This document shows positions 61,028 to 64,000 of a stretch of DNA of 64,000 nucleotides, piece after piece (positions within the stretch are counted from its first letter, which is position 1; each line of letters starts with the position of its first letter). The notes under the pieces are model-generated. The model was not told the origin of the DNA and did not search any database. It was given only the letters and a program-made list of their open reading frames with translations. A program made the position numbers and the translations under genes. Location of the stretch: NCBI GenBank assembly GCA_013265495.1, contig MU058781.1:1902963-1966962 (forward strand). Reading direction: 5' to 3'. The stretch is from Vicugna vicugna (taxonomy: Eukaryota).

Positions 61028-62385
61028 TTAATTCTTTCTTGTGAAATGTAACACACATACAGAAAACTGTATAAAACAAATGTAGAGTTTAGTAAATTGT
61101 TATAAATGTAACTGCCACCCAGGTCAAGGCACAGAATACTGCCAGAATCCCAGGAGTTTTCCAGTGCCTTTCCCAATACAACCTTCTTCTTCCTTTAAAG
61201 GTCGTACTGTGCCAAGCCCCGCGCAGGGGCTCTGTGTTGCCTGTGCTCTGGGGCTTCAAGCTCTCCTCCAGCCATGCCCCTTCCCAAGGAGAGAGGAGTC
61301 TGTGGGGCCAAGAGGCCACGTCCACTTGGAACCCATGCCTCCCTTTCTGGACAAGGCACCACGCACTGGGAAGCTGGGACTCCCTGTCCAAGTGATTCCC
61401 GGTCCATTTCCGAGTCTTCCTGGGGCTCTTCCTGGGGTCCACCTTCCTGAGGGGGCGGCTTAGGGGCAGATATTTGTAGGATGCTATGGATGAAGGTTAG
61501 GCGGTACACATACTTGAGCACAGGAGCCTTGAGGTATCGGGTGGAGCAGGGGCAAAAGGAGAAGATGGATGGCCTGAGGGTCTGGGGGACTCTTCTGTGT
61601 CACATATTCCAGAGAGAAGCTTTCAGAAGTCCAAGAATTCTAAGGTCCGACCTGATCAGTCCAATAATTCTAAGGTCCAACCTGGTCTTCCAGGTTGCCA
61701 TGAAGATAGATGTATTTGTTGAGGTAGGGCGACAAAACATCTTTTATTTAATAGCTTGTTAATTTAATTTAACAACTTTTAAATATCTTGGGCTATGTAT
61801 ACACAGTTCTCCATTTAAGCCCCACAAATGTTAGCCGGGAGCCTGTCTAAAGGCAACTATCCTGACTACCATGATAATCTAATCTCCCCCTTGCCTTTCT
61901 TTATACTTTACCCACTTAAGTCTGCGTTCCTATCTACTAGCCACTTTTCCCCATTTTTGAACTCTGAATAAACAGATCATACAGTATGTGTTCTTTTATG
62001 TTGGCTTCTTCCACTCAGCATTATGTTTGTGAAATTCATCTATGTTGTAGCCTGTAAATTTCATTGCTGTATAGTATTCCACTGCATGGATATCCTTCCA
62101 TTTTAATGCTGATGGACAACTGAGTTGTCTCCAATATTAGACCATTATGAATAATTAGTGCTACATAGATCATGATCTATTTCTGTGGTGTACATACCTA
62201 GGAATGGAATTGCTGGATGATAGGTGTGCACATGTTCGACTTTAATGGAAAATACCAAACTATTTTCCAAAGTGGTTGTACCAATTCCTATTCTCACCAG
62301 CAGGGTATGAGAATTTCCATTGCTCCTGACAATGTCTGGTATTTGTATTTAATTTTAATCATTCTGTACTAGGAGTATTTCTTAG
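61028..62385 (-). mobile_element. Old L1 (L1ME-like) 3' region split by an insertion at 61202-61845
   Basis: gtaactgccacccaggtcaagg...; atcatacagtatgtg...cactcagcattatg...ttttccaaagtggttgtacc. Confidence 0.75.
61202..61845. mobile_element. Probable hAT-type DNA transposon inserted in the L1
   Basis: Flanked by 8-bp near-TSD tttaaagg (61194-61201) / tctaaagg (61846-61853). Ends in ...gccccacaaatgttag...cctg. Family not firmly identified. Confidence 0.5.
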
Positions 62386-62959
62386 TATGCCACTAAAGAG
62401 TTTCTTTTTTCCCATCATTTTGTATCTGAAGATACTTAAAATGATTCTAGTAACTTGTGGAGTTCTGAGTTGACTGCTCATAATGTCAGTAGATGTATAT
62501 TAAGAGAAGATCTGTGACCTTGGAAGAGTCACAGTAATAAAATCCAAATAAACAAGACTGGCCCACACAGCATTTAAAAATAACACACGGATTAGGAACC
62601 TGACGTAGAGAGTGAACCAACATGCCAGACATGCAGTTGGTGTTGACCTCCTCCTTTCAGAGGGCTACGTGTGTCCCCAGAGCAGGCCCTGATAGTTGTG
62701 GTGGCACTGGGTACAGATCGCTGAGTTACCCACTGGGGCCAGTCAGGACTACCTTACAGAAGGAGGATCAGCTGGGGGAGCCCGTCAGCATACAGCTCAT
62801 TATTGTGCCACATCTGGCAGCATCTCCTCCTCCAGGAGGCAGCCATAACCACGTGCTCTGGTCAGCAGGAAGCAAGGGACGTGTGTAAGGCTCTTCAGCA
62901 GAAATATGCAGTCTGCTCACTGCCCACTTCCTTTCCCACCTACTTGGGCCCCTGAGCTT

Positions 62960-63645
62960 CCTCACTTCACCTTCTTGCCAACATCCTCAGCCTCTTTGCC
63001 CCTTTGTTCTTTTAATGCACCTTCCTGGGCAAAGCCCAGCCCTGGATGAACTCAACTGTTTACTTTCTCTACATCCATCTCCCAGCTGTTGAGCATTGCT
63101 GGAAAAACCTCACACCCTGCAGATGGTGCCACTATAAACTTAAGGTCACCAACACCATCTGGGCCCTTGTTACTGTTAGGCAGCCCTTCTCTGGTCCCCT
63201 GGTCAGCTTACCTCCCACTCTTGCATTTTTCTAGTACAATGATAACAGATCTTCTTCTGTAATAATGCAGTGCATGCCTATTCAAGACAGAGCTGGCTGT
63301 TGTCTGTTATGCACAGGGTTATTTCAAACTTTCTCTGCTCTCCTTATGGCTCTGGTTTTATTTTCTGTCCATCTACCGAGTCCCAACCCCAAACTCTGCT
63401 GTCACCCTCAATAGGCGATCTCTTCCTGCTTCACAAAGAAAGCTGGGGCCATCTGAAGCAACTCCCTTAACTTTAACCCTTCCTCATCCCTTTCTCCTTC
63501 ATGCCTCCTTGCGACAATAAAGGAAGTGTCTCTCCTTGTGCTCAGGCTGATCCGTCCACCTGACCTCTGGGCCATCCTCTCTTGCCGTCTCAGGAATATC
63601 TCTTTATGCACCTGCTCTCTCTCCTGAATTCCTTCCGGCAGTGGT
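62960..63645 (+). mobile_element. L2 ORF2-region remnant
   Basis: gcaaagcccagccctggatgaactcaac (AKPQPWMN-like)...gagcattgctggaaaaa...aggaagtgtctctcct. Confidence 0.6.
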
Positions 63646-63735
63646 CAAGCAGGGTCATGTCTTTCCCTTAAGGGCCTGGTGTCAGGGACTTCCTTGGCTT
63701 GACCAAGGCCGCCTTCTAAACAGGGCAGGAAGTAG

Positions 63736-63893
63736 TGCTGTGGGTAAAACTGTGTCCTTCCCCCTCGACCCCCAATTCATATGTTGAAGTCCTAACCCCC
63801 AGTATCTCAGAATGTCTTATTCTATTATAAGACAAGCTCTATTTGGAGATAAGAATTCCTGCAGACATAATTTGTTAACAATGAGGTTATACT
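63736..63893 (+). mobile_element. MLT1-type LTR, 5' part
   Basis: aattcatatgttgaagtcctaacccccagtatctcagaatgt...tatttggagata...atgaggttatact. Confidence 0.75.
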
Positions 63894-64000
63894 CTCTTTG
63901 GACCTCAGTGTCCCCCTTAGGGACATGAAGAGTAGTTGGATAGTCACTTTTGTGAAGTGCCATTTGCAGTTCCAAACTCTGGGAGCAGAGGTGGCCGGAT

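Noticed and set aside
1..64000. CRISPR arrays, operons or other prokaryotic-type systems
   Set aside because: The sequence is mammalian, intronic/regulatory and repeat-rich. No repeat-spacer array or gene cluster is present.

Overview
This is mammalian, not prokaryotic, genomic DNA. L1 3' ends and a tRNA-derived SINE fragment suggest a camelid or related cetartiodactyl. The window is the 5' regulatory region of NEDD9 (HEF1/Cas-L), transcribed on the minus strand. Two alternative 4-codon first coding exons bracket it: proximal ATG AAG TAT AAG|gtagga (MKYK, 11-22), with its CpG/octamer/CCAAT/GC-box promoter, and distal ATG TGG GCA AGG|gtgagt (MWAR, 59350-59361), inside a 188-nt spliced exon. 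The ~59 kb between them is intron/upstream sequence with CpG-rich patches, candidate enhancer and CTCF motifs, and many interspersed repeats (L1, L2, MIR, MLT/LTR16, MER DNA transposons). None of the listed ORFs of 60 aa or more looks like a real protein. I see no new multi-gene system. The most notable observations are parallel in-frame uORFs in both alternative leaders, a 58-bp locally templated insertion inside an MLT2 LTR, a 5'-inverted (twin-primed) L1, clustered and nested L1 insertions with TSDs, and intronic CpG-rich patches with antisense splice donors. Repeat family names come from recalled consensus sequences and repeat boundaries are approximate.
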